A stretch of 64,000 nt of DNA from a phage. The DNA lies in sequence record NC_100371.1; one strand, given 5' to 3'. Shown one piece after another: positions 17,662 to 26,033 of the stretch; the first letter of the stretch is position 1, and each line of letters starts with the position of its first letter. Both the position numbers and the translations under genes were made by a program. Under the pieces are notes generated by a model. The model searched no databases and was not told the origin of the DNA. It was given only the letters and a program-made list of their open reading frames with translations.

Positions 17662-18012
17662 CTAACCAGTTGTTGACATTCGAATAACTTCTTCTGGTGG
17701 CAAAACTTTGGAAAATGTGCATCTTTTACCTCTCCCTTGTGTGGATATTTCAACCACTCCTGCACATTCTAAAGTTTTAACGCACGCTGCTGCTTTTGTT
17801 TTCTTTATCCCAACATCTGCTGCAATTTTCCTGGTGCTGGGTGTGAAGCGTGAATTTTCTCCAAGCTTATACCAGTTGTGCAGGTAGCAGTATACGATCT
17901 TGTCATATAAGTCAAGAACAATAACCTCCCCAGTTGTGCCATTCAAAACTTTTGACATAGACAGTATTTCAAGGGGGACTTTAAGATATAGCAGCTTATC
18001 CCCATCTTTCAT
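17662..18012 (-). CDS. putative helix-turn-helix DNA-binding protein
   Basis: 116 aa; HTH-like segment TRKIAADVGIKKTKAAACVKTLECAGVV; adjacent to the palindromic repeat array. Confidence 0.45.
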   Translation of the reverse strand: MKDGDKLLYLKVPLEILSMSKVLNGTTGEVIVLDLYDKIVYCYLHNWYKLGENSRFTPSTRKIAADVGIKKTKAAACVKTLECAGVVEISTQGRGKRCTFSKVLPPEEVIRMSTTG

Positions 18013-18059
18013 ATCTCCTGATTCTCCTTGTGTGGCAATTTTCTTTAAAATAGCAGGGA

Positions 18060-18614
18060 TTACTCCCCGCTGTCAATAGCAAGACTCATTGCAATACGGT
18101 ATGCCTCTTCTAATGGTAAGAGTCTCCCCCACACATCCCAACCGACATCAAACTGCCTGCCAAACAACTGCTGTGTGGTTCCGTGAGCATGACCGAACAG
18201 TTGGACTGATCCGTGAGGCTTTCTGTTCCACTTTGCAAACTGGTAATGGCTCATACAGATCAAATTCTTGTTGTGGCGAAGCTCGTAATAATCTACAACC
18301 TCATGACCGAACTCTTTCATAATTCTGACAGTCGTCCTTGTGTCATGGTTACCACGAACAAGAATAATATGTCCGTTCAACATATTTAGAACATCTGGAA
18401 GCAATTTGTTGATATTCTTATCATTAGTGCACGCAATATCCCCCAAGTGAAACACAGTGTCTGCAGGTGACACAACAGAGTTCCACTTGGTGATGATTCC
18501 CGCATTCATACTGTCAAGATTGTGATCATACTGAGATCTGTGTTTTTGACATGAGTCGAACTCCATTACCCGCTGGTGGAGAAAGTGTGTGTCGCTTGTT
18601 ACAAAGTATTTCAT
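18060..18614 (-). CDS. calcineurin-like metallophosphoesterase (candidate polynucleotide 3'-phosphatase)
   Basis: Motifs DTHF, GDIACTND, GNHD, GHAH; start at internal ATG 18614 with GAGGA RBS (MKYFVTSDTHF...). Confidence 0.6.
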   Translation of the reverse strand: MKYFVTSDTHFLHQRVMEFDSCQKHRSQYDHNLDSMNAGIITKWNSVVSPADTVFHLGDIACTNDKNINKLLPDVLNMLNGHIILVRGNHDTRTTVRIMKEFGHEVVDYYELRHNKNLICMSHYQFAKWNRKPHGSVQLFGHAHGTTQQLFGRQFDVGWDVWGRLLPLEEAYRIAMSLAIDSGE

Positions 18615-18621
18615 ACATTCC

Positions 18622-19032
18622 TCATTTAAGTTTAATGCAGTTTTTAAGCTGGCGTTCCATACGATCCACAACCCTGTCTGGAACATCATGAATGCTTTTA
18701 TTACCATGGCGGTTTTCAACCACGATCACGGTATAACTATATCCATGACTGATCGCCATGTCAATATATTCTTGCACATATTTTTCTTTTGTAAACGTAT
18801 TACTTACCACGATACGGTCGTAGCCCATACGCATCATATCTTCTACGTTATCTTTGCACCATTTTGCTGCAAGTGTTACTTTACTTGCATCCCAATTGTA
18901 ATTGCCGTCATCGTCGTACCAGAACATATCGTTCTCAAAATGTGGATACAGACCTTCTAAAGATAGCGCATTTGCCAGTGTTGATTTGCCAGACCCTGGT
19001 AGACCACGCACGATATATAGCATTTTAGACAT
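18622..19032 (-). CDS. P-loop polynucleotide 5'-kinase-like protein
   Basis: Walker A GLPGSGKST as in T4 Pnk kinase domain (GCPGSGKST); start at ATG 19032 with GGAG RBS (MSKMLYIVRG...). Confidence 0.6.
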   Translation of the reverse strand: MSKMLYIVRGLPGSGKSTLANALSLEGLYPHFENDMFWYDDDGNYNWDASKVTLAAKWCKDNVEDMMRMGYDRIVVSNTFTKEKYVQEYIDMAISHGYSYTVIVVENRHGNKSIHDVPDRVVDRMERQLKNCIKLK

Positions 19033-19060
19033 AGTAACTCTCCGTTTTAATTTTAATGAT

Positions 19061-19089
19061 AGTATACCTAACTGTTTTGTTAATTTCAA
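19061..19089 (-). promoter_or_regulatory. sigma70-like promoter (TTGAAA-N17-TATACT) for kinase/phosphoesterase operon
   Basis: minus-strand TTGAAA at 19089-19084 and TATACT at 19066-19061. Confidence 0.5.
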
Positions 19090-19092
19090 GTG

Positions 19093-19121
19093 TTGACACC
19101 AGGTTATTTGTGTGGCAGAAT
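19093..19121 (+). promoter_or_regulatory. candidate divergent sigma70-like promoter (TTGACA-N17-CAGAAT) for RNA ligase gene
   Basis: TTGACA at 19093-19098; weak -10. Confidence 0.35.
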
Positions 19122-19132
19122 AAAGGGACAAA

Positions 19133-20068
19133 ATGACAAATGAGGAATGTATGATGAAGTATTTTAATGCAGACGACCTGGTTGACAAAGGTCTTGTAAC
19201 CAGCAGATATTACCCAGATCTTGGATTAAAGATCTACAAATATGCCAGAAAAGTATTCTACAACAATTTATGGCATTTGTCTCCGCGTTTACTAGAGTGC
19301 CGAGGCATTGTTGTCGGTAATGAAGGAAATGTTGTGGCATGGCCCTTCACAAAAGTGTTTAATTTGGGAGAAAACTCCACCAACCTGCCTGACAATAAAC
19401 TTGTGACGGCGGTAGAGAAAAAGAACGGATTCCTTGGTGTGGTATCATCTCATAAAGGTGAACTATTGTTTTCAACAACCGGGTCTCTTGATTCTCCATA
19501 TTGTAACCTTGCAAAGGAAACCATCCAGGAGCAATGTGGTAATTTAGATCTTATCAAGAAGGTTATGGGCCATGAAAACATGACATTCATGTTTGAAATT
19601 TGTCACCCTTCAGATCCGCATATTGTTCAGGAAGATCATGGCGCATATTTGATAGGTTGCAGATATAATGATTCTGGAATAATGCTACCAGAAGCAGCTT
19701 TAGATGGGATTGCCAAATACCTTGGTGCAAAACGTCCTCACACTGTGCGTGAAATTCCGTTCAGCTATGCAAAAGAATTAGCTGCAGAAACAAGGGGTGA
19801 AGGGTATATGATCCGTAAGCCTTACTACCCTTATGACCTGCAACTAAAGATCAAGTCTCCCTACTATCTGGCACGGAAGGCCGTAATGAGGTGTAGAGCT
19901 TGGAAGATTTGGGATGATGATATCTTTAAACGTGTTGACGAAGAGTTTTACGGCATGGTAAACTTCATTCGTAGGAACTACACAGAAGATGTGTGGAATT
20001 GCCTCCTGGAGCAGGAACGCCGTGAGATACTTGACTGCTATTTCCACAACGAGGACTATATGCAATGA
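19133..20068 (+). CDS. RNA ligase (T4 Rnl1/RnlA-like)
   Basis: Collinear with T4 Rnl1: LECRGIVVG, KVFNLGEN, adenylation lysine motif EKKNGFL, LKIKSPYY; likely true start at ATG about 19151 after GAGGA. Confidence 0.8.
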   Translation: MTNEECMMKYFNADDLVDKGLVTSRYYPDLGLKIYKYARKVFYNNLWHLSPRLLECRGIVVGNEGNVVAWPFTKVFNLGENSTNLPDNKLVTAVEKKNGFLGVVSSHKGELLFSTTGSLDSPYCNLAKETIQEQCGNLDLIKKVMGHENMTFMFEICHPSDPHIVQEDHGAYLIGCRYNDSGIMLPEAALDGIAKYLGAKRPHTVREIPFSYAKELAAETRGEGYMIRKPYYPYDLQLKIKSPYYLARKAVMRCRAWKIWDDDIFKRVDEEFYGMVNFIRRNYTEDVWNCLLEQERREILDCYFHNEDYMQ

Positions 20069-20415
20069 AGAAGTTGATTGTGTGGCTTGATGATTTTAGA
20101 GATCCGTCAGATTATGGACTACCAGACGCTCTGTGGCTGAAGAATTCTTCTGAGTTTATGGATTTTCTTAATGATAAGAGAAAGCTCTACAGACGCGTAT
20201 CTGAGTGGTATTTTGACAATGATCTAGGGGAAGTGCTTGAAGGGTACGACTGCTTCTCTGCGCTAGAGGAGAAACTTGTATTCGGAAAGCCACCACTTAT
20301 TGACAACGTGATTATTTTCGTGCATACTTCTAATCCATCGGCAGCTCGTAAATTTATGCTTGCTGCTGACTCATTCAAGAAGTTTGGAATAGAGATCAAA
20401 CAAAACATCTACTAA
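20065..20415 (+). CDS. hypothetical small alpha/beta protein, possible partner of the downstream Sir2 gene
   Basis: 116 aa; alternating beta/alpha segments (LIVWLDD, YFDNDLG, IIFVHTSNP); start overlaps RNA ligase stop; no family recognised. Confidence 0.4.
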   Translation: MKKLIVWLDDFRDPSDYGLPDALWLKNSSEFMDFLNDKRKLYRRVSEWYFDNDLGEVLEGYDCFSALEEKLVFGKPPLIDNVIIFVHTSNPSAARKFMLAADSFKKFGIEIKQNIY

Positions 20416-20423
20416 GGACATTT

Positions 20424-21185
20424 ATGCGACGACTTATTGTTATTTCTGGTGCTGGCTTGAGCGCAGAATCTGGGATCCCAACTTTTCGTTCTGGTCAAAC
20501 TGCAATGTGGGAGAATTTCAGCATCGATGAGGTGTGTAACATCCACACCTTTGCCAAGAACTACTATAAGGTGCATGACTTTTACAATGCACGGCGTGTA
20601 GCTCTGGGCAGTGTTGATCCTAACCTTGCACATCTCCGGATCGCTGAGTGGTATTCACGTTGGTCTGGTCGTGTGATCAACCTGACAACCAATGTAGATG
20701 ATTTGCTGGAGCGTGCTGGTGTTAAACATGAAGATATCTTACATGTCCACGGGTATTTGCCTGAAATCACCTACGAAGATGCTGAAGGTAATGATGTAAT
20801 TAAAAATATCGGATACACGGAGGTAGATACAGGCAAGTATACTTGGGTTAAGCCCAATGTGGTGTTCTTCGGTGAGGTTGCTCCTAAGTATACAGACATG
20901 TATGACCTATTGACATCTCTTACCAGCAATGATATGGTGATCCTGGTGGGTTGTTCTAACACAGTTATTAATTTTAACTGGGAATTGTTTCCTGCTACTT
21001 GTAAAGGCACAAAACTACTGATTGTAAACAAGTATGATTCGCAGAGTGCAGATGGAAGCGGCATTTCACGTAGCGACCTTTATCAATATGAGGATCGCGG
21101 GATCCCGGTTTGGTTTAACGGGGCGGTTGATGCTTTCTCTGATAAAACATTCATTGAGACCGTAGAAAACTTTATGGAACTTTAA
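20424..21185 (+). CDS. Sir2-family NAD-dependent protein deacylase / ADP-ribosyltransferase
   Basis: Sirtuin motifs GAGLSAESGIPTFR, TTNVDDL, catalytic His in LHVHGYL; canonical Zn-binding CxxC pairs not evident. Confidence 0.75.
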   Translation: MRRLIVISGAGLSAESGIPTFRSGQTAMWENFSIDEVCNIHTFAKNYYKVHDFYNARRVALGSVDPNLAHLRIAEWYSRWSGRVINLTTNVDDLLERAGVKHEDILHVHGYLPEITYEDAEGNDVIKNIGYTEVDTGKYTWVKPNVVFFGEVAPKYTDMYDLLTSLTSNDMVILVGCSNTVINFNWELFPATCKGTKLLIVNKYDSQSADGSGISRSDLYQYEDRGIPVWFNGAVDAFSDKTFIETVENFMEL

Positions 21186-21198
21186 AAGGAGACCTTTA

Positions 21199-21912
21199 AT
21201 GCTGAATACCAAATTAATTGACAACCTGGAAAAACTGTCCCAGCCTGAAAACTACCTTTGGTCTGCCAACTGGGTGGAAAACTGGAACCGTGTAGCAGCT
21301 AAAGTGAAAAAATCATACACACCATTCGAACTTCAGCTGAGTTTCATTGAGGAAGAGTTCAATGAGGTTTTGGAAGAGTTGGAGAAAGGTGATGGTGGGG
21401 ATCATCTCCTAAAAGAGGCCTGCGATCTTCATGTTGTCACAAGTTATGCCGCTTATCTTGTTAACGATAACCATGAAAAGTGGTCAAACCTGTTTGATAA
21501 TCCGCGAGGTCTTAAGTTTAAGATCGGTGAATTTTATGATACACTGATCGCTGCGAAAAATACCTCTAAGCAAAGAGCGTCTGCTTACCGCTTAGCAGAG
21601 TTGTCAACAGCTTTGCTGTTCCAGCTTCGCGGTGATGTGTGCGGGATGATGCGGAAGGTTCTAAAATCTAATGACAGCAAGTTTGCACGCGTCAACCATC
21701 TGCGGTATTCACACGGTGCCAGTGCAGATATGCCTGCTGAACAACTCATCGAGTTGGAGATTAAAGATCTTGAGCGACGCTTTGATGGTCGCTATGAAGG
21801 TTTTGTTGCTAAAGAAGAATTCTACAACGGAAATAAAGTTATCATATTCCTTGACAGTAAAGGTAAGATTATGAAGCCTTCAAGCTTCAAAGATGTAACA
21901 GAATATATTTAA
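21199..21912 (+). CDS. MazG-like nucleoside triphosphate pyrophosphohydrolase
   Basis: All-alpha NTP-PPase style acidic motif EEEFNEVLEELEKGD...EACDLHVV. Confidence 0.5.
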   Translation: MLNTKLIDNLEKLSQPENYLWSANWVENWNRVAAKVKKSYTPFELQLSFIEEEFNEVLEELEKGDGGDHLLKEACDLHVVTSYAAYLVNDNHEKWSNLFDNPRGLKFKIGEFYDTLIAAKNTSKQRASAYRLAELSTALLFQLRGDVCGMMRKVLKSNDSKFARVNHLRYSHGASADMPAEQLIELEIKDLERRFDGRYEGFVAKEEFYNGNKVIIFLDSKGKIMKPSSFKDVTEYI

Positions 21913-21976
21913 TAACATAGCCGGGGCGATCCCGGCTTTACTTGTTTCGGAAAGTATGCAAGTGAGGTAGAAAGTT

Positions 21977-22285
21977 ATGTACAAGCACTCCAGAGATCTT
22001 GAAAACGATGATGTGTTTGGGGATCAGATGAAAGAATTGGTTAAACTTATAGGTAGGATAGAGGATAAGTTTGACACTAAGATCTACATCGACAGTAAAG
22101 TATTCAACCACAAAATATGGACAAATCTGTGTGTTGGACTGCATGGAGATAAAGATGTGGTAAATTTGGTTGTAATTAAGTTCATAGTGTGGCAGAATAA
22201 AACTATAAATTATTACGATCCACACCCACTTGTTTACCCGATAAAAGACCTATTAGAGAAGGAGGACTGCAATGCAGTTATTTAA
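21977..22285 (+). CDS. hypothetical protein
   Basis: 102-aa ORF with RBS. Confidence 0.35.
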   Translation: MYKHSRDLENDDVFGDQMKELVKLIGRIEDKFDTKIYIDSKVFNHKIWTNLCVGLHGDKDVVNLVVIKFIVWQNKTINYYDPHPLVYPIKDLLEKEDCNAVI

Positions 22286-22541
22286 TCTTGCTAAACCTGT
22301 AGAAGCACACCAGTTTGACGGAAGCTCTTCATCAGTATCTGATCTGCAACGGTGGATTGATACAGGTGTGTTTACACCGTCACCTGTTCGGACCAGAGAT
22401 ATTCTTCGCATGTGTGAGCTTGTCGAGCCGTTTGGTAACCTGGTCTTGTACCAAGGGGATTGGTTAGTTGACTTTATGGGAGACTGGTTGGTAATTAGCA
22501 AAGAAGAGATGTTTAAAATTTTTAAGGAAGAGGCTGAGTAA
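22272..22541 (+). CDS. hypothetical protein
   Basis: 89-aa ORF, RBS AAGGAGGA upstream. Confidence 0.4.
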   Translation: MQLFNLAKPVEAHQFDGSSSSVSDLQRWIDTGVFTPSPVRTRDILRMCELVEPFGNLVLYQGDWLVDFMGDWLVISKEEMFKIFKEEAE

Positions 22542-23824
22542 TGCATCAGATCAAAACAACACTGTACGCACTGAACAAAGATGGCAGCTACCAACAGTGG
22601 AAAGTATTCACGGATGGTGATAAGGTTATCGTAGAGTTTGGCAAGCTTGATGGTAAACTGCAATACAAAGAGACGATCTGCACACCTAAGAACGTGGGTC
22701 GTGCCAATGAAACTACAGCTGAGCAACAGGCTGAGCTGGAAGCGATCAGTAAGTGGGAAAAACAAGTCCGTCTGGGGTATGTTGAAAATATGGAAGATTG
22801 CGAGCAGGGTGTTGACCTTTTACCCATGTTGGTGCATGACTACCTGAAGCGTGGAAAGGCACTTAAATTACCTTGCTGGATTTTGCGTAAGTTAGATGGC
22901 CTTCGTCTACTGGTTGTTTTCCAAAACGGTGAGCCTAAATTTATTTCCCGTGGTAATAAGTCCTACCCTATTCAAGGAAAGCTTCTGGAGCAACTTCGTT
23001 CTTTCCACTTCACCACCGGGATTAAACAGCTCGACGGAGAGATCTATATTCATGGTCTGCCTCTGCAGAAAATAGTGTCTCTTGCTAAACGGTGGCGCAC
23101 ACAGGAAGAGATTCAGGCCGAGATCGATAAAGACTACGAGGCAGATAAAAAACGCCGTCATGCCGCAATTAAGGCAGGCTTATCAACATACAAAAACTTC
23201 AATAAGGTAGATATTCCTGTTGATGTTGAGCCTGTTCGTGATGATTTGCGTTACGGAGGGTACTGTAGCTATGACTTAGAGTATCATATTTTCGACATCC
23301 CTAGTGACAAGGTATGGTGGGATCCAGAAACAGAATCTGGACGATGCAAGGATCTTATGGATGCAGAAGATACCATTACCACCCTGATGCTTGACCATAT
23401 CAAGGTTGTTGACGCAGAGCTTGCGTACACAGTTGATCATTGCGAAGAATCTGTTGGTGTATTCATGTCCGAAGGATATGAAGGTACTATCATGCGTAAC
23501 TTCTGTGGTAAATATGAATATGGTCAGCGAACATCTGAAGCATTGAAATGGAAAAAGTTCAACGATGCTGAGGTGAAAGTTATTGACGTTGAGAAAGATA
23601 AGAATGATGAAGGTGTTCTTATCTGCGTTGACAAGGAAGGTATCGTTGTTAAAATGAAGATGAAAGGCACGCACGAGGAGCGTAGCTATGACAGGATGCA
23701 GGAAATGATCGGCAAGTTTATCACCTTCAAATATCAAGCAAGGACAGAAGACAACAACTACCAATTCCCTGTCGGCATCTGCGTCCGAAATGTTAACCCT
23801 GACACTTGGGAGGTTCTGGAATGA
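22541..23824 (+). CDS. ATP-dependent DNA ligase
   Basis: Nucleotidyltransferase motifs: I RKLDGLR, III LDGEIYIHG, IV YEGTIMR, V LKWKKF. Confidence 0.7.
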   Translation: MHQIKTTLYALNKDGSYQQWKVFTDGDKVIVEFGKLDGKLQYKETICTPKNVGRANETTAEQQAELEAISKWEKQVRLGYVENMEDCEQGVDLLPMLVHDYLKRGKALKLPCWILRKLDGLRLLVVFQNGEPKFISRGNKSYPIQGKLLEQLRSFHFTTGIKQLDGEIYIHGLPLQKIVSLAKRWRTQEEIQAEIDKDYEADKKRRHAAIKAGLSTYKNFNKVDIPVDVEPVRDDLRYGGYCSYDLEYHIFDIPSDKVWWDPETESGRCKDLMDAEDTITTLMLDHIKVVDAELAYTVDHCEESVGVFMSEGYEGTIMRNFCGKYEYGQRTSEALKWKKFNDAEVKVIDVEKDKNDEGVLICVDKEGIVVKMKMKGTHEERSYDRMQEMIGKFITFKYQARTEDNNYQFPVGICVRNVNPDTWEVLE

Positions 23825-23948
23825 TGTAGGAATGTTTAGTAGATAATGGTAGCCAATTGAATGATGGTTTTTCAATTGGCACCTACATAACCACATTATG
23901 CAGTGTTGTTGATCTGGTTAGTTATGAGTAAACTGGAGAGTATGAAAA

Positions 23949-24419
23949 ATGAAACTTGATAAAAATGTTCAACGAAAAGCTTTCTTGGATATGATCGCAT
24001 ATTCAGAAGGTACAGATAATGGTAGACAACCTACCAAGGATCGGGGCTATGATGTCATAGTCGGTGGCAAGCTGTTTAGCGATTACAGTAAGCATCCAGG
24101 TGTTTACGTTAAGCTAAATGCTAAACTTACCTCCTCTGCTGCTGGGCGTTACCAGATTTTGGAGAAGTTTGCTAAACACTATATGGAACAGTTAGGATTA
24201 CCAGATTTTGGCCCTGCCAGTCAGGACAAGATTGCATTGCAACTGATCCGTGAGTGTAAGGCTCTCACTGACATTGACGAAGGTCGCATCCACGAAGCTA
24301 TCCGCAAATGCCGTTCCCGCTGGGCTTCGTTACCCGGTGCCGGATACGGTCAGCATGAACAGAAGATTGAGAAGTTGATCGAGGTGTTTAAAAAGGCAGG
24401 CGGCATTGTCCTAGATTAA
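23949..24419 (+). CDS. endolysin (phage lambda R-like lytic transglycosylase)
   Basis: Signature FLDMIAYSEGTD with catalytic Glu, about 156 aa, typical lambda-lysozyme size. Confidence 0.75.
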   Translation: MKLDKNVQRKAFLDMIAYSEGTDNGRQPTKDRGYDVIVGGKLFSDYSKHPGVYVKLNAKLTSSAAGRYQILEKFAKHYMEQLGLPDFGPASQDKIALQLIRECKALTDIDEGRIHEAIRKCRSRWASLPGAGYGQHEQKIEKLIEVFKKAGGIVLD

Positions 24420-24482
24420 TCATTGACATGACCACATGGACGTGGTATTGTTACCTAGTAAAATGTTAAGAAGGGTTTAACC

Positions 24483-24689
24483 ATGAAAGATTTTCTGTTG
24501 GCAATTTTGTTCATGGCAGCATGTCTGGCCTGTGGTGTCGTGTTTGCAGGTGAAACAGCGTATCTTGTCGATGTATATCGGGACAATGGTAAACGTATTT
24601 GCCTTTATGAAACAAGCCAAGGTGAGCTCTACGAGCTTGTTAAACAAGGCGAGGCTGGATCTTGTCCTCGGACTCACTTCTTCGAATAA
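24483..24689 (+). CDS. small secreted/membrane protein
   Basis: 68 aa with N-terminal hydrophobic signal-like segment (LLAILFMAACLACGVVFA); directly downstream of endolysin. Confidence 0.4.
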   Translation: MKDFLLAILFMAACLACGVVFAGETAYLVDVYRDNGKRICLYETSQGELYELVKQGEAGSCPRTHFFE

Positions 24690-24699
24690 GGTTGGTAGT

Positions 24700-24918
24700 A
24701 TGGCTTTAGAAGGCACTGATTATATTCACGATTACCGTGGGAGTGCAGTGTATGTGGGCGATACTGTTGCAGTATACTACGGTTATGGTTCCCTAGAAAC
24801 AGCGAAGGTCATACAGATCAAGAATGACCGTGCTAAGCTTGAAGTTTATTACTCTAATGGTGAAAGATCGATTTCTAAGTGGAAAGATGGTCATTGTATG
24901 GTCAAATTGGAGGGCTGA
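24700..24918 (+). CDS. hypothetical protein
   Basis: Internal ATG at 24700 with GGTTGG RBS (MALEGTDYIHDYRG...), 72 aa. Confidence 0.35.
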   Translation: MALEGTDYIHDYRGSAVYVGDTVAVYYGYGSLETAKVIQIKNDRAKLEVYYSNGERSISKWKDGHCMVKLEG

Positions 24919-25382
24919 TGGAAGACGGACGTTTAATGAAGTCTGAACGCAGGCTTATTGTGCAGCTGATCCCAGAAACAGCTTGGTATAATAATCTCCG
25001 AAACGCTGTGAAGAAGAGTGAGTGGGATAAGATCCGTAAGAAGTGCTACAGAGAAGCCAACTATACTTGTGAGGTGTGCGGCGGTAAAGGCAGCAAACAT
25101 CCGGTGGAGTGTCATGAACTTTACACTTTCGAAGAGGGAGTGATCCGGCTTGTCGGACTGATAGCGTTGTGCCCAGATTGTCACACATCGGTGCATCCTG
25201 GGTTAGCAAATATCCGTGGAAAGTATGCTCAGGCAGTTAATCAGTTGGCTAAGGTGAATAAGATCACCAAGGGTATGGCAGAGGCCTATTACCGAGACTG
25301 CTTTGCAGAATGGCGGGAGCTTAGCAAAGTTCCTGAATGGAGAACTGACTTTTCGTGGATAGAGGGTTACCTTGATGGCTAA
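24918..25382 (+). CDS. HNH endonuclease
   Basis: Cys/His motif CEVCGG...HPVECHEL...CPDCHTSVH; ATG at 24918 overlaps upstream stop (ATGA), GGAGGG RBS. Confidence 0.6.
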   Translation: MEDGRLMKSERRLIVQLIPETAWYNNLRNAVKKSEWDKIRKKCYREANYTCEVCGGKGSKHPVECHELYTFEEGVIRLVGLIALCPDCHTSVHPGLANIRGKYAQAVNQLAKVNKITKGMAEAYYRDCFAEWRELSKVPEWRTDFSWIEGYLDG

Positions 25383-25665
25383 GAAACCTGTAAAAGAGAA
25401 ATTTGATAAGACAGCTTTTGTATTCGATACACCTCTGGACGACATTATTAGAGGTATGCAAGCACTGTATCGAAAGGCTGAATCTGAGCAGTTGTCTGAA
25501 TCAGAACTTTACTGGCTTGGTTGGTGGGAGTTAAACCTGCCTAAAGCTGAAAGTTCTTGTCTGAGAACTGTTAAAACGTGCGCCCAAGAAAACGCCGCAC
25601 TTGGAATCTACCACAAAAGGAAAAGATCAACAAAAAGCTCTCCAAGAAAGACTAAAAAGTCTTGA
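25372..25665 (+). CDS. hypothetical protein
   Basis: 97-aa ORF, basic C-terminus. Confidence 0.35.
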   Translation: MMAKKPVKEKFDKTAFVFDTPLDDIIRGMQALYRKAESEQLSESELYWLGWWELNLPKAESSCLRTVKTCAQENAALGIYHKRKRSTKSSPRKTKKS

Positions 25666-25691
25666 CAAAAGTGCTATTAATCTGATATTAT
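25662..25691 (+). promoter_or_regulatory. sigma70-like promoter (TTGACA-N17/18-TATTAT)
   Basis: TTGACA at 25662-25667, TATTAT at 25686-25691. Confidence 0.55.
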
Positions 25692-25724
25692 CAGTCAGAT
25701 ATTTATAAACTAGGAGAACTAGAC

Positions 25725-26033
25725 ATGCTTAAAATTTTTATTGTTGAAGATAAAGATATTGTCCAGTTGTATGCAAACGAGAATCATAAAGGTATGATCC
25801 TGAAGAAGGCAAGCAACCTTCATGAAAACACCATTCAACCTGGCGATGTAATTAAGATCTGTGGCTATCTGATACCAGACTCCTTGATGAAAATAACCCA
25901 CCACTGGGGGTCTAATCCGTTCCTTTTTGAAAAATATTGGGATGTTGAGTCGCTTATTGCAGAGAGTGATGATGCATTCCATTACAGCATCCAACCATCT
26001 TGCAGAGTAACTAACAGGAGGGTCTTTGAGTAG
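25725..26033 (+). CDS. hypothetical protein
   Basis: 102-aa ORF with TAGGAGAA RBS downstream of promoter. Confidence 0.45.
   Translation: MLKIFIVEDKDIVQLYANENHKGMILKKASNLHENTIQPGDVIKICGYLIPDSLMKITHHWGSNPFLFEKYWDVESLIAESDDAFHYSIQPSCRVTNRRVFE

Noticed and set aside
17662-18012. Lysogeny module (repressor/integrase) interpretation of the HTH protein
   Set aside because: No integrase, excisionase or att-like core was found anywhere in the window; an HTH protein alone does not support temperate lifestyle.
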